In this document: positions 1 through 12,712 of the stretch, piece after piece
Numbering within the stretch: the stretch's first letter is position 1
Layout: every line of letters starts with the position of its first letter
DNA from: Antechinus flavipes
Lineage: Eukaryota
Length of the DNA: 64,000 nt
Direction: 5' to 3'
Assembly (NCBI RefSeq): GCF_016432865.1
Contig: NC_067404.1
Location: forward strand, 8,184,001-8,248,000
Notes under the pieces: generated by a model
The model's input: the letters and a program-made list of their open reading frames with translations, nothing else
Database searches by the model: none
What the model was told of the DNA's origin: nothing
Program-made: the position numbers and the translations under genes

Positions 1-1
1 C

Positions 2-539
2 AGTCTCTCATCGGACCCGGAGCCAGCCCAGGACATCCTCTGTGAGCTCTGTGGGCAGTTCTTTGAGAATGGAAAAGGCCTGGCAAGGCACAAGCGCTCC
101 CACCTGCGGGACACGGGGGTGACCGAGCGGGACGTCAACGGCTCGCCCATTGACACCCTGACGGAGATCCTGAAGCCTCGGGCCCGAGGACCTCCCGACC
201 CGACCTCCCCGGGCCCAAAGGTACGGGCCGAGGCAATGGGCGGGGGCCCCGGTGACTCCCTGGGGGCTCAAAGTGCTTCGGAGCCGCCCGCCCCGCCCCC
301 TGCCGGGAACTGGGGCCCATCGAGCGACCCCCTGGGGCTCTCAGCAGCCACCTCCTCACACTCAACTGCTCGGAGGAGGTTCCCGGGTCGGCCTCTTCGC
401 TCCCTCCAGGAGAAACTAAAGTCTAAGGCGAGGAGGGTGGAGATCAAGCGGGAGCTGTTGGTGGGAGGCCCGCACGGGGAAGGACGCCCATCGCAGGGAC
501 CGCGGTCGCCTCGCCAGGACAAGGCACCCCTGGATCTAG
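2..539 (+). CDS. WIZ: WIZ-like zinc-finger gene, penultimate exon (open at window start)
   Basis: Frame from nt 2 reads SLSSDPEPAQDILCELCGQFFENGKGLARHKRSHLRDTGVTERDVNGSPIDTLTEILK...RVEIKRELL...APLDL. This matches the WIZ module (C2H2 finger + GVTEWxVNGSPIDTLREIL, ending in a PLNLS-like motif). The exon ends at donor AG|GTAAGG (GT 540-541), phase 1. Confidence 0.88.
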
Positions 540-1366
540 GTAAGGTGTCCCCTGGGGGAAGGGGGAGGGAGGAGCCACACCAGGGATTCAGGCCCAGAGA
601 CACGGAAACCTGGGACTCCGCTAGGGATGTAAGGGCGGGGGCCGCCGGGGTGCCCAGGAGAGCCCAGGCACCGAGAAGGGTCCTTTTCCCACGGAGGTGG
701 GGCTGCTGAGTCACTGCCGCCTAAATGTGGGGGTCAGTAACCGGGGGGGATTGCAGGAAGGGTCACAGGCTCCTCCACAAGGGGCTGGGGGGGGTCAATA
801 ACCGGGGGGGATTGCAGGAAGGGTCACAGGCTCCTCCACAAGGCGCTGGGGGGGGGGGTAAATAACCAGGGGGGATTGTAGGAAGGGTCACAGGCTCCTC
901 CACAAGGCGCTGGGGGGGGTAAATAACCGGGGGGGATTGCACCTTCCACAAGGCGCTGGGGGGGGGGGTAAATAACCGGGGGGATTGCAGGAAGGGTCAC
1001 AGGCTCTTCCACAAGGCGCTGGGGGGGGTAAATAACCGGGGGGATTGCACCTTCCACAAGGCGCTGGGCGGGCTTCGTCCCACCCTCGCCTTGGCCGGTC
1101 TGTGGAGCCTCTTTGGGGCCCGTACAGGGCCGGAAACTGGGCCTGCTTCAGGTCCGAGGCAGGTGAGTGAGACCCGGAGGAAGCGGGTGTGGGGAAGGGC
1201 ACTGGATCAGCACGAGCCCCTGGGACCCCTTCCTAGGACAAGCGCCGGCCTGTCCGGAGGGGCGGGCCCGGAGAAGGGAGGCCGGTTTCCCCACCCACCG
1301 TGGGGGTGCTTGGCCCCCCGTGCCGGGGCCCTTCCCCCTTCCATCGCCCTCTTCCTGTCTCCGCAG
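540..1366 (+). other. GT-AG intron of WIZ-like gene
   Basis: Donor GTAAGG at 540; acceptor CCCTCTTCCTGTCTCCGCAG ends at 1366. Splicing forms the codon G+CT and joins the 119-frame and 1300-frame ORFs in frame ([12 protein letters not shown]). Confidence 0.85.
735..1068. repeat. G-rich intronic minisatellite, ~6 variable units of ~40-62 bp
   Basis: Repeated TAACCGGGGGGGATTGCAGGAAGGGTCACAGGCTCCTCCACAAGGCGCTGGGGGGGGTAAA. Confidence 0.9.
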
Positions 1367-2634
1367 CTCCCTGGGCCGAGCCGGCCCGCGACGCCCGCTG
1401 TGAGCTCTGTGGGGAGCTGTTTAAGAACCGAAGGGGCCTGGCCTGCCATGCCCGCGCTCACCTGCGGCGCATGGGCGTGACCAAGTGGTACGGCTCGCCC
1501 ATCGACAAGCTTCGCGAGATCCTGGAGAACAAGGCCCGAGCGGGGACCGTCAAGAAGGAGCCCGCGCCGGCCGAGCTGCCCCCTCCCCGGGGGGAGGAGG
1601 GGCCCAAATCCCCTGGGAAGGGGCCTCTGGCCCTGTCTCTGGTCCCATTGTACCGCGGTTCTGGCAAATACGGGCCTGGCCCCGCCAAGGGAGCCCAGAA
1701 GATGACCCTCTCGCCTCTTCTCTCCGACCCGATTGCCGGTTTCCTCACCCCCTTGAGGACGAAGCGGCCGCCGCCCGATGACCGGCTTCTCCCTGGGGAG
1801 AAGAAGCCCAAGACCTGCACGCGCCCGGAGCCGCCCGTCAAGCCGGAGCCCCTTCCCGGCCCAAGCTGCCAGGCTCCCGGGGAAGCCCCGTGCGAGCTGT
1901 GTGGTCTCCATTTTGAGAATCGCCAGGCACTGGCCAGCCACGCTCAGGCTCACCTGCGGCGACTTGGGGTGACGGGAGGGTGTGTGAAGGGCTCCCCGAT
2001 TGAGACCCTGAGGGAGTGGATCAAGCGGGGTCCCCAGAGTGGGGGGGCCCACGGCAGCCATGTTCCAGGTGGCCGTCCCCTCCTGGGGAAGGGCCGCCAT
2101 TCCTGCCCCAGACGGGATGGGGACAAACAAATGCCCCTCACCCTGGCTCCCACTCGCCTCACGCTGATGGAGAAGCCCCTGGGGAGTGAATTCAGGCCCG
2201 GGGAAGTGGGCGGGGCCGGAGGTGGTGGCGGGGGACCCCTGGCAGCCTCACCTCCGGCTGTGGAGAAGGCCCACGAACGCCAGCGCCACCATGTCCGTCG
2301 GCGTGGGCGCAGACAAGCCCACCCTTCTCGGGGGGAGGAGACCAGGGACTCTCAGCAGAAACCGGTCCCGGGGCGGCAGCCACCTCCCAGAGCGCCGCCT
2401 GACAACTCCCTGGTCCCCCCCCCTCCCCAGACGCCCTTGGTGACGTTTCGGGGCCCCGTGTACACGCTGAAGTGCAGGTTCTGCCAAGTGCAGTTCCGGG
2501 GTCCCCTCTCCATCCAGGAGGAGTGGATTCACCATCTCCAGAGGCACATCCTGGAAAGGAGCTTCTCCCCGGCCGAGCCCCGGCCTGGGGAGCCTGAGGC
2601 CCCCGAGGCCCCGGCGGGGCCAGAGGCCCAGTAA
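1367..2634 (+). CDS. WIZ: WIZ-like gene, last coding exon (3 C2H2 fingers)
   Basis: Contains [42 protein letters not shown]...[12 protein letters not shown] and [50 protein letters not shown], closely matching the WIZ C-terminus. TAA at 2632-2634. Confidence 0.92.
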
Positions 2635-3296
2635 TGGAGACGCAGGGAAGCCCCCGAGCCAGCTCTCTCCCCTCTCTGGGGGGCTTTCACCCTTCCCCCC
2701 CCCCCAGGTGCGTTTCCAAAGGAGCCAGTCACAGAGCACAGACACTCCCGGGGCATCTTGTGTCTCGGGGAGATCCGGCCCCCCTCCCCTCCTCCCCTCT
2801 GCCTTCCTTTTCCCTGTCTGCCCTGCTAGACACCCATCAAATGGGCGCATCATCCCCGCCTCCTGCTTCAGGGTAGGGGGTCAGGGTGGGCTTCGGCCTT
2901 CCCCCAATACCCAGGCCGGGGAGCCCTGAAAGCCTCCAGTGCCACGGAAATCACGGGGGCTTCCCCAGCCGCCCGAGGCCCTGAGAGGGGTTTCCCCCAG
3001 AACAATTCTCCTGCCAAGTGGAGGCCCCAGAGAACAGCAGGGGGGACTTTCGAAGCCCCTCCCCGTCCCCTCCCCCTCCCCTGCCAGGGGTCTATGTCTC
3101 CCCATCTCCTCCCCCTCTTTCACTATTGCTTTTCCTGCTTAGCTTCCTACAAAGTGTAAGTTCCCACTAGTTTTGTGTAGAGAATAAGGAGAAGATTTTT
3201 ATTTTCTAGTCCTGGGATGAGTAAAGCCCGGAGGCCGTTGACCTTTTACCTTTTTCAATGGCCTCGTTCTGGTTGAAAAAAAAAATGTAAAAAAAA

Positions 3297-3309
3297 AATA
3301 AAAAATAAA
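3297..3309 (+). terminator. Candidate poly(A) signals of WIZ-like gene
   Basis: Two AATAAA hexamers (3297, 3304) in an A-rich stretch ~660 nt after the stop codon. Confidence 0.55.
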
Positions 3310-3499
3310 AAACCCAATAATAATCCTGCTGTACTTGGGAATCATGTTCTGTGCAGAGATGAAGCAAATCAGAGCCAAGAGGTCGAGTGCCCTTTGCTGC
3401 AATTGCCTCTCGGTCTCCTATTTTATGGCCCCCTCACACGACTCGATCTGTTCTGCTGGTGAAAATTAGATCCCAGCCGTCTCTACAGGTGGCTCCCCC

Positions 3500-6400
3500 G
3501 ATAGATCTCCAGGAGTGATCTGGAACCCTGGTCTCCATAATGAGTTTCTGACACTGATCTCCATGAGGTTTCTCTCTACCCATGATGGGGGGCCTCTGAC
3601 CTTGTTCTCCTCTGGTGGGGTTGGGGGGAAGGGAGAGGGAGGAGAGGGAGGAGGAGGTCTCTACAGCTGATCTCCACGGGGGCTCCCTGCCCCTTAAATT
3701 TCATGGAGGATTTATGTTTCCGGCCTTCATGGTAAGTCTGTGACCCCGATCTCCATACTGGTGCTTTGCCCCAGGTGGTCTTAGTCCCTGACCTCCATGG
3801 GGGATCTCTGACTCTGATCTTGATAATGGGTCTCTGAGACAGACCTCTATGTGGAATCTTTGTCCCTGATTTCCATGGGGGTCTCTGTCCCTGAGGAGGT
3901 CTCTAACACTGATCTCCATTTCAGTCTCTACCCTTGATCTCCACAATGGATCACTGACACCCATCCCCATGGGGGGTATCTACCCCTGATCTCCACAATG
4001 GATCATTGACACTCATCCCCATGGGGGGTATCTACCCCGATCTCCACGGAGGATCTCTGACCCTCATTTTTCTGAATTTGCTCCATATGGGGAGGATGTC
4101 GTCCTTGAGCTCCATGGAGGGTCTCCACCCCAGGGGGTTTGTGACACTGGTCTCCATGAGAGGTTTCTGCCCCTGAGGGCCAGGAAGGGGTCTCTCTCCT
4201 TCATCTCCATTGGGGGTCTCTACCTCTGATCTCTATTGAGGATCTATAATGTGATTCTCCATGGGGGTTCTGTATGCCTGATCTCCATGGTGTGGCTGCG
4301 TCCCACTTCTCCATTGGGCCCCATACTCGTGATCTCCATGGGGGGTCTCTCTGCTCTCCATGGTGGGGGGGTCTGAGATGCTGATCTCCATGGGGGATTC
4401 CCTGCCCCTGGTCTCCATGGGAGGTTTCTGAATCTGATGTCCATTGTGGGATCTTCCTCTGACCTCTAGGGGACATTCTAGCTTTGATCTCCATCTCTTT
4501 GTCAGCTCTCTACCCATGATGTTCTGGAGATCAGGGTGGGGTCTTTGATTTCATAGAGGATCTCTACCCCTGCATACCCCTGCCTCTCATTAGCATGGGG
4601 GTCCCTAGCCCTGATTTCCATGGGGGCTCTGTGCCTCTGATCTCCATGGCTTTCTCTGTTCCTGATCTTCTTGGTGGAGTCTATGCAACAATAACCATGG
4701 CACCTTATGTTCCTTACGTGTTTCTCTTCCCTTTCTCATGACCTGATCTTTTCCACCAAATTTCCCTGTAAATCTTTGCCCCTCATCTCCACACACACTG
4801 CTGCCCCCCTGCACCATCTTTCATTTTTCCTTAGTGTTCAGCTCTTTCTGCCTCATCTCTCAGGTAATCTCACACCATGATCTTCATGGGGGGGGGTCCC
4901 TGTCTTTGATCTTCATGGGGGGACTCTGTCCTTAATCTTTGTGGAGTATCTCTACCTCTGGGTGGATTGTGACCCTGATTTCCATGGGATGTCTCTGTCT
5001 CTGATCTCCATGTGGGAGTCTGTCTTATTTTCCATAGGGAGTCTCTCAACCTGATCTCATTGGGGTGTTTGTCTCAGATCACAATGGAGGGTCTTTGCCC
5101 CTGATCTCCACGGGGTGTTGCTGTCCCTGGTCTCCATGGGCATTCTGTGTCCCAGATCTCCACGAGGGGTCTGTACCGCTGCTGTCCATGGGGAGTCTTT
5201 TCCCCTAATGCCCATGGGAAACTCAACGTACCTCAATGGGGAGTCCCAGCATTTAACATTCATAAATGATCTGTTTTTCATGGGGGGGTCTCTGCCGCTG
5301 ATATCCATGAGGGTTTTTGTCCCTGAACTTCATGGAGGTTCTGTGATCCTGATCTCTACAGTGGGTCTCTGACCATGAACTCCATGGGGGTTCTCTTACC
5401 TGTTCTCCATGGAGAGTTGCTGCCCATGAAATCCATGGGATCCTGCCTTGATCCCTTATCATCTCTGACCCTGATTTCTATAATGGGTCTGGCTGTGATT
5501 TCAGTGGGTGTTTTTTGCCTCTGATTTCTATTATGGGCTCCCTACCAGTGGTCTTAATGAGGGGTCTCTACCCATAATCTCTATGGGGGTTCTCTACCAA
5601 TAATCTCCATGGGAGCTTTCTGATGCTGATCTCCATAATGGATCTCTGTCATTGATTTCCATGGGGGGCTTTATCCTGGATCTCCAAGGGGGTCTTTGTC
5701 CTTGGTGTCCTACCGCTGTTCTGCATGGGAGATTTGTGACCCTGATTTTTGTGGGCACTCTAAATTTTTTTTGGTGAATCTCTCCAATTATTTGTATCCT
5801 TTATTTTTGCAAAAATCATCTTGTATGTGTTATACTTTAACTTCCAGACACTTTTATGCACACTGTGATTATTTTTCTTTATTAAAGCTTTTTATTTTTC
5901 AAAACATATGCATGGATAATTCTTCCATATTAGCCCGTGTAAAACCTTGTATTTCAATTTTCCCCCTTCCCCCCCCCCCAGATGGCAAGAAGTCCAATCT
6001 CTGTTAGCCGTGGTAGAACTATATGTTAAATACAATATATGTATACATATTTATACAATTTTCTTGCTACAAGAGAAAAATCAAATCAATCCAGAAAAAA
6101 ATGAGAAAGAAAATAAAATGCAAGCAAACAACAACAAAAAGAGTGAGAATGCTATGTTGTGTTCCACCCTCAGTTCTCCCAGTCCTGTCCCTGGACTTGC
6201 TTCATTAAAGACCATTGGAACGAGTCTGAATCATCTCCTTGTTGAAGAGAGTCACGTCCATCAGAACTGATCATCGTATAATCTTGTTGCTGTGTACAGT
6301 GATCTCCTCTTTCTGCTCATTTCACTTAGCATCTTCTATCCCAAAGAGATCTTAAAGGAGGGAAAGGGACCCACATGTACATAAATGTTTGTGGTAGCTC

Positions 6401-7996
6401 TTTTAGTAGGGGCAAGACACTGCAAACTGAATGGATGCCCATCAGTTGGAGAATGGCGGAATAAGTAATGGTACATGTGGGGGTGTGACCCTGATCTCCA
6501 CGGGGGGGTCTCTGACTCTAATCTCCTTGGGGCATCTCCTTCCCAGATGTCATAGAGGGCCTCTACCCCTGAATACTTCTGCCTCTCACTATCATGGAGG
6601 TATCTAGTCCAGGTTTCCCTGGAGGCTCTGAGCCTCTGAACTTCATGGCTTTCTCTTTTCCTGATCTTCTTGGTGGAGTCTCTGCAACAGTAGCCCTGGC
6701 ACCTTCTATCCCTTACATGTTTCTCTTCCCTTCCTCATGACCTGATTTTCCCCCTAATTTTCCTGTGAATCTTTGCCCGTCATGTCCCCACACTCTGCCG
6801 CCACCTTTCACCGTTTCTTTTTTCCATTGGTCTTCACCCCTCTATCCCTATTTACTTCATCTATCTTACCCCATGATCTACATGGGGGTCTCTGTCCTTG
6901 ATGTCCATGGGGGGTCTCTCTCCCTTGGGGGGATTTCTGACCCTGATCTCCATGGGAGTTCTCTGACCCTGATTTTCATGGGTGGTCTCTGAATTTGTTC
7001 TCCATGGCTGGGGTCTCTGTTCTTGACTCTGAGTCTCTCCATGGGGGTTCTGTCTCTGATTTCTATGTGGGGTCTGTGTTCCTAGTCTGCATGGGGAGCT
7101 CTGTCCCTGGGGGTCTCTGACCCTGACCTCTATGGGGAATCTGTTTCCCAGGATAGGGTTTCTAACACTGATCTGCATAGGGAGGGTCTGTATTTTATCT
7201 CTGTGGGGTGTCTTTGTCCCTGAATTTCATGTAGGGTTTCTGACCTTGATCTCAGGATATGGGGAGGTCACTACCACTAATCTCCATGTTTGTATTGATC
7301 TTTATGGGAGACCTCCCATCCTGATTTCCATAAAGGGTCTCTCACACTGATCTTCAAGTAATTTTCTATCACTGATCTTCATAAGGAAGTCTCTGCACTT
7401 GATCTTCATGGGGAGTCTGCTCTGATCTTCATGGGGGTTCCCTGCACCTGAACTTCATGATCTATGCCCCTGATCTTCATGGTAAGTCTGTGGCCCCTAT
7501 CTCCATAAAGGTTCTTTGCTCTGTATGATCTTGGACCCTGATCTCCACGGGGTTCTCTGACTTTGATCTCCATGGGTGGTCTCTTAACTTTTGCCCCGAT
7601 TTCCATGGAGGGTCTCTGATTTTGATCTCCCCTAGAGGGTCTGTGTTACTGACCTCCATGGGAGGTCTTTAAACCTGATTGGTTTGGAGGATTTCTGACC
7701 CTGATTTTTATGGGCATTTCAAATTTGATTTTCATGGGGTGACTCTGTCCTTTAGTGCCATAGAGAGTCTCTGTTCCTGATCTCCCTGTTGGGGTGTGCT
7801 TTGATCTCCATAGGGCTTTTCGACCCTTATCTCAATGGGGAGTCTTTTCTCAGATCACAATTTGTGTCTTTACTCCTGATCTCAGGGGTGATCTCTGTGC
7901 CTGGTCTTTATGGGCTTCTGTGTCCCTGACCTCCATGGGTGGTTTCTGAATCTGATGTCCATTGGAATCTGTCCCTGATCTCCATAAAAGGTCTAG
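3500..7996 (-). repeat. ~26-bp satellite, left array (CCCTGATCTCCATGGGGGTCTCTGA orientation)
   Basis: GATCTCCATGG recurs at ~26-nt spacing, with an exact-looking 52-bp dimer at ~3942-4045. An interspersed ~250-bp pyrimidine-rich module occurs at ~4610-4880 and ~6600-6870. Confidence 0.9.
5872..6478 (-). mobile_element. 5'-truncated, 5'-inverted L1 fragment
   Basis: 5872-6333 is an L1 3' end on the minus strand with the T-rich tail at left. 6334-6478 is plus-strand decayed ORF2 C-terminus (YPKEILKEGKGPTCT*MFVVALLVGARHCKLNGCPSVGEWRNK). Confidence 0.8.
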
Positions 7997-8115
7997 CCCC
8001 ACTGTACTGGGCACCAGAAGTCCTGCACTCCATGAAGCAGGGCTCCCGAGTCCCAAGCTGGGGGCGGCCACCCGGCCAATCGGCCCTCGGGAGCTCTGGG
8101 TCTCGGCCCCTCCTC
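7997..8115. other. Non-satellite insert at the satellite inversion axis; paralog of 42846-42964
   Basis: CTGGGCACCAGAAG.CCTGCACTCC.TGAAGC.GGGCTCCCGAGTCCCAAGCTGGGG...CCGGCCAAT.GGCCCTC...GGGTCTCGGCCCCTCCTC is present at both sites and contains a CCAAT. Confidence 0.9.
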
Positions 8116-10618
8116 AGGAGGTCCCAGGAAGGGAAGAGAAATGTGTAAGGAAGAAAAGTTGGCAAGAGTATTTGGGGAGAGACCCCTCCATGAGGATTGG
8201 GGGCATAGTCCCCACATAGCGATCAGGGTTAGACACCACACATGGAGATCTGGGTCAAAGACCCCCTGTGAAGATCCAGGAGCAAACCCCACCAATGGAG
8301 ATCACAGATTGACCTCTCCCCCATATTGATAAGGGTCAGAGACCCCCCCATGGAGATCACAGGGAGGCCCCCAGTTTGATCAGAGACGGACCCCCCCCCC
8401 CCAATACAGATTACAGTCAGAGGAGTCCCATGGAGATCTGGGTAAAAGATCCCTAGGAGTAGAGATCCCATAAGGAGATCCCAGGAACGCCATGTAGATC
8501 AGGGACCAAGACCCTCCATGGAGATCAAAGGCCTCCAATGACAATCACAAGATGACCCCATATGGAGACCAGAGGCAGTGACTTCCAGTTGAGACAGAAA
8601 TCAGAGACAGAAACCCCATGAAGATCACAGGCAAATTCTCCATGGAGATCACAGGATGAAATCGAGGAACACATGAGCCATAGAGAGCTATAGAGCTAGG
8701 GATGTCAAGAGAAGGTGGAAGGGGCAGCAGGGTATGTGGAGATGTGGGACAAAGATATTCCAGAAAATATGAATGAAAAGATCATGAGGTCCAAGAAAGG
8801 GAAGAATGTGTAAGGAAAAAAAGTTGTCAAGGTTATTTAATAAAAGACCACCATGGAGATGAGGGGCATAGACCCTCCCCACAGAGATCATTCAGAGGAA
8901 CCATCAACATACATCCAAATCAAATATACCCCAGAGACATATGTAGACCACCCATAAATATCAGGGGGAGATGCCCTGTGGGCATTTGTCATAGACACCT
9001 GTGGAGATCAGGGTCAGAGACACCCATGGAGATAAGAGGCAGACCCCTCCATGGAGAACAGGAGAAGATTCCCCGAGAAACCATGGTCAGAGATGTCTCA
9101 TGAAAATTACTGGGAGATCACCCTTAGAGACAGGGAAGACCCCTATGGAGATCAGGAGGAGATTCTCCATGGAGATCTGGGTGAAAGATCCCTAGGAGTA
9201 AATAATTCCCATAAAGGTTACAGGAACGCCATGTATATCAGTGTCCCAGATCCTTCATGGAGATCAGAGAGTAACCTCCTATGGTGATCAGGCTCAGAGG
9301 TCCCCAATGGTGATCAAGGGAAGACCCCACATGGAGACTAGAGGCAATGACCCCCAGTTGAGATTATAGGCAGAAATCACCATGGAGATTGGGATCAAAG
9401 CCCCTCAAGGTGGTTAAGATCAGAGATACCCCGTAGACATCAGGGGCAAAAGCCTTCCAAGAAGATCAGAGATAAACATCCCTTGGAGATCTGTAGGAAA
9501 CCTTTCGTGCAGATCAGGGGAAGGGACCCTCTATGTAGATCAGGTGGAGAAACAAAGGTGGGCCCTCCCATGAAAATCAAGGTCATAGACCCCCCATGGA
9601 GATCAAAACAGAGAACTCCCCTCCATGGACATCAAATATAGATCCCCATGGACTTCCTAGGGTGAGATCGAGGAAGACATGAGTGATAGATAGCAGTAGC
9701 CCCAAGGAAAAAAAGAGAAGGTACGAGGGGGCAGTAGGGTACATGGAGATGTGGAGTAAAAGTTTGCAAGGACATATGGGGGAACAGATCAGGAGGTCAT
9801 GAGAAAGGGAAGAGAAATATGGAAGAAAAGTTGGCAAGGTAATTTGAGGAGAGACAAATCCATGGAGGTGAGGGGCATAGACCTCCCACCAAGATCATTG
9901 GGAGAGATCCTCAGTGGAGATCTGGGTCACAGATGCCTCATGGACATAAGAGGTAGAATCCCATGGAGATCATGGGGAGATCCCCCTGGAAATAAGGTCA
10001 GTGACCCCTCATAGAGAAGAGCTAGATACCCCATGGAAATCTGTGTCAAAGAACCCCTATGGAGATTGGGGGAAGACCCCCCATGGAGAACACAAGCAGT
10101 CTCCTGTCCATGGATATCAGTGTCAGAGACACCCCGTGAACATCAGAGGCAGAACCCCCATGGAGATCAGGGGATGATATTGTGGATTAAGAGGGATGGA
10201 GAACTAGAGACTCAGGGAAGACAAGATGGAAAGCGGCACCTGCGTGTGTGGAGACATGGGGCAAATATGTTTAGATAAACATGGGGGAAAACATCAGGAT
10301 GTCCCAGGAAGGGAAAAGAAATGTGTAAGGAAAAAAAGTGGCAAAACTATCTGCAGAGAGACACCTCCATAAAGATGAGGGGTATAGACCCACCCCACAA
10401 AGATCATTGGGTGAGACCCCACACACACACACACACAGATCTGGATCAGAGACACTCAATGGACATCAGAGGTAGATCCACTTGGAGATCAGGAACAGAC
10501 CTCCCCCCATGGAGATCACTGGGAGGAGTCCTATGGGCATCAGTGCCAGACACCCATGGAGATGAGAGGCGGGCCTCTCCATGGAGAACAGGAGATTCCT
10601 TGAGAAATCATGGTCAGA

Positions 10619-10940
10619 CCTGAGTTTCAATTGATAAATGACGGACAAAAGCAGCTACACCCAAAGAAAGAACACTGGGAAACGAATGTGAACTATCTGC
10701 ATTTTTGTTTTTCTTCCCGGATTATTTTTACCTTCTGAATCCAATTCTCCCTGTGCAACAAGAGAACTGTTCGGTTCTGCAGACATGTGTTGTGTCTAGG
10801 ATATACTGCAACATGTCCAACATGTAAAGGACTGCTTGCCATCTAGGGGAGGGGGTGGAGGGAGGGAGGGGAAAAAAATCGGAACAGAAATGAGTGTCAA
10901 TATAATGTAATTATTAAATAAAAAATTAAAAAAAAAAAAA
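10619..10940 (+). mobile_element. 5'-truncated L1 3' end with poly(A) and 17-bp TSD
   Basis: L1 3'UTR-like sequence with G-rich tract and A tail. TSD GAGAAATCATGGTCAGA at 10602-10618 and 10941-10957. Confidence 0.88.
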
Positions 10941-11918
10941 GAGAAATCATGGTCAGAGATGCCCCATGGAAATTAGTGGGAGGCCCTCCATGGAAATCAA
11001 GTTTAGAGACCCCCATGGAGATCTGGGTGAGAAACACCACATGAAGATCAGAGGGAGACCTTCAATAAACATCTGATGTAGAACCCCCCCCCCCAATGGA
11101 AATTGAGGGAGATCTCTATAAAGTTCAATGTCACAGCCACTCTATGGAGATTAGAGATAGACTCTCACATGGAGATCAAGTGGAGGCCCCACTGGAAATC
11201 AGGGTCAGAGGTCCCTCATGGCGTTTAGTAGCAGATCCTTCTATGGAGTTCACTGGCAGTCCCACCCAAGGAGATGGGGTGAGAGACTCTTCATATAGTT
11301 TTGGGTTAAAGACCCTCCCATGGAGATTAGGGCCAGAAGCAGACCCTTTATGGAGATCAGGATCAGAGACATCCTGTGAACATCAGAGCCAAACGCTCCA
11401 GGGAGATCATGGGATGGGTTTGGGAACATAGGAGGGATAGATAGCAGTAGACTCACCGAAGAGCAGAGAATGTGGAAGGGGACACCCGTGTGTGTGGAGA
11501 TGTGGGGCAAAGATGTTCAGGGAAATACGGGGTAAAAGATTAGGAGGTCCGAGGAAGATAAAAGAAATGTATAAAGAAAAAAGTTGGCAAGGTTATTTGA
11601 AGAGTCACCAAGGAGATGAGGGGCATAGACTCCCCATGAAGAATATTGGGAGAGACACGCCCCCCATGGAGTTCACTGGCAGTCCCCACCCAGGGAGAGA
11701 GGGCTGAAAGACCCCCCATAGAGATCCGGGTCAGGCAGGCAGAATCCCCAGGAAGAGCAGGTCAAATATCCCAAGGGGTAGAGACTTTCACTGAAGTTGG
11801 GGAGGAGAACTCCCTGTGGAGATTTAAGTCAGAGAGCTCCATGAAGATCATGGGCATACACGCAGCATGCAAGTGAAAGGTGGACCTGCCATGGATATCA
11901 GGGTCAGAGACTCCCCCC

Positions 11919-12712
11919 CGAATAAGAAATCTCCTTAATAGTAAGTTCATTTCAAATCATTAAGGACGTGACTTTCCCCATATGAACCTAATTCCCATGT
12001 AAACCATGAGAACCCAATCGAGGAAGGATGTGACTCCCCCGTGAGGACTTGACTACCCTCTCACCCCAAGAGCATATATTTTAACTCCTTCTCCTATGAA
12101 AACCTGACCGTTCCTTGACCCATAAGAACATATATTTCAACTCTTTAATTATAAGACAGGCATGTACCACCTGTGTTTTAGCTCCAATTATATGATTCCA
12201 GGAACTCGCCACTCCTTGGAACTGTTGCTGTTGATAAGGACTGGCCCCCTTATCAATGCAACATTTGATTATAACCACCTGGAGCCCAAGTTGGTGCGTC
12301 CTTGTCTTACATGAGGTCTTCATTTGGCCCAAAGCCTTCTTTGTTTGGACCCCTATAAAGAGTGGGCAAAGCTTTCTCCACTTTGAAGCCTCACCTATGG
12401 AGATGACGATCTGCCTAGGACTTTTCCGATGGAGACTCACGGGCTGAAATACCGGGGCCTCCCAGCCGTCCAATTAGAGTTGAAGCTCCCTCCATCGTAC
12501 TGAGTAATGTATTCCCTCTCTTTCTCTGCTATCCTAATCATAATCCTTATTATTCTTTACCTCTTGTGTATTATTTGCTGTATGTGTTGTTATTGCAAGC
12601 ATTCTATCCCGTGCATTGTATAATTAAATTTTATCTTTAACTGAGCCTGAGAATGTCATTTATAAAAGTGGATTTGAACTTCTCTTAAAAATCATATAAC
12701 ATTAATAGAACA
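11919..12712 (+). mobile_element. Solo ERV LTR inserted in satellite
   Basis: ~790-bp AT-richer block interrupting the satellite, with CG(=TG)...CA ends, poly-C flanks consistent with a TSD, TATA-like CCTATAAAG (~12352) and AATTAAA (~12621). Confidence 0.65.

Noticed and set aside
540-709. Continuation of the 119-709 ORF past nt 539
   Set aside because: WIZ similarity ends at the GTAAGG donor; the remainder is intronic.
5752-5871. Possible L1 3' transduction
   Set aside because: No TSD found, and part of the segment resembles the degenerate satellite module.
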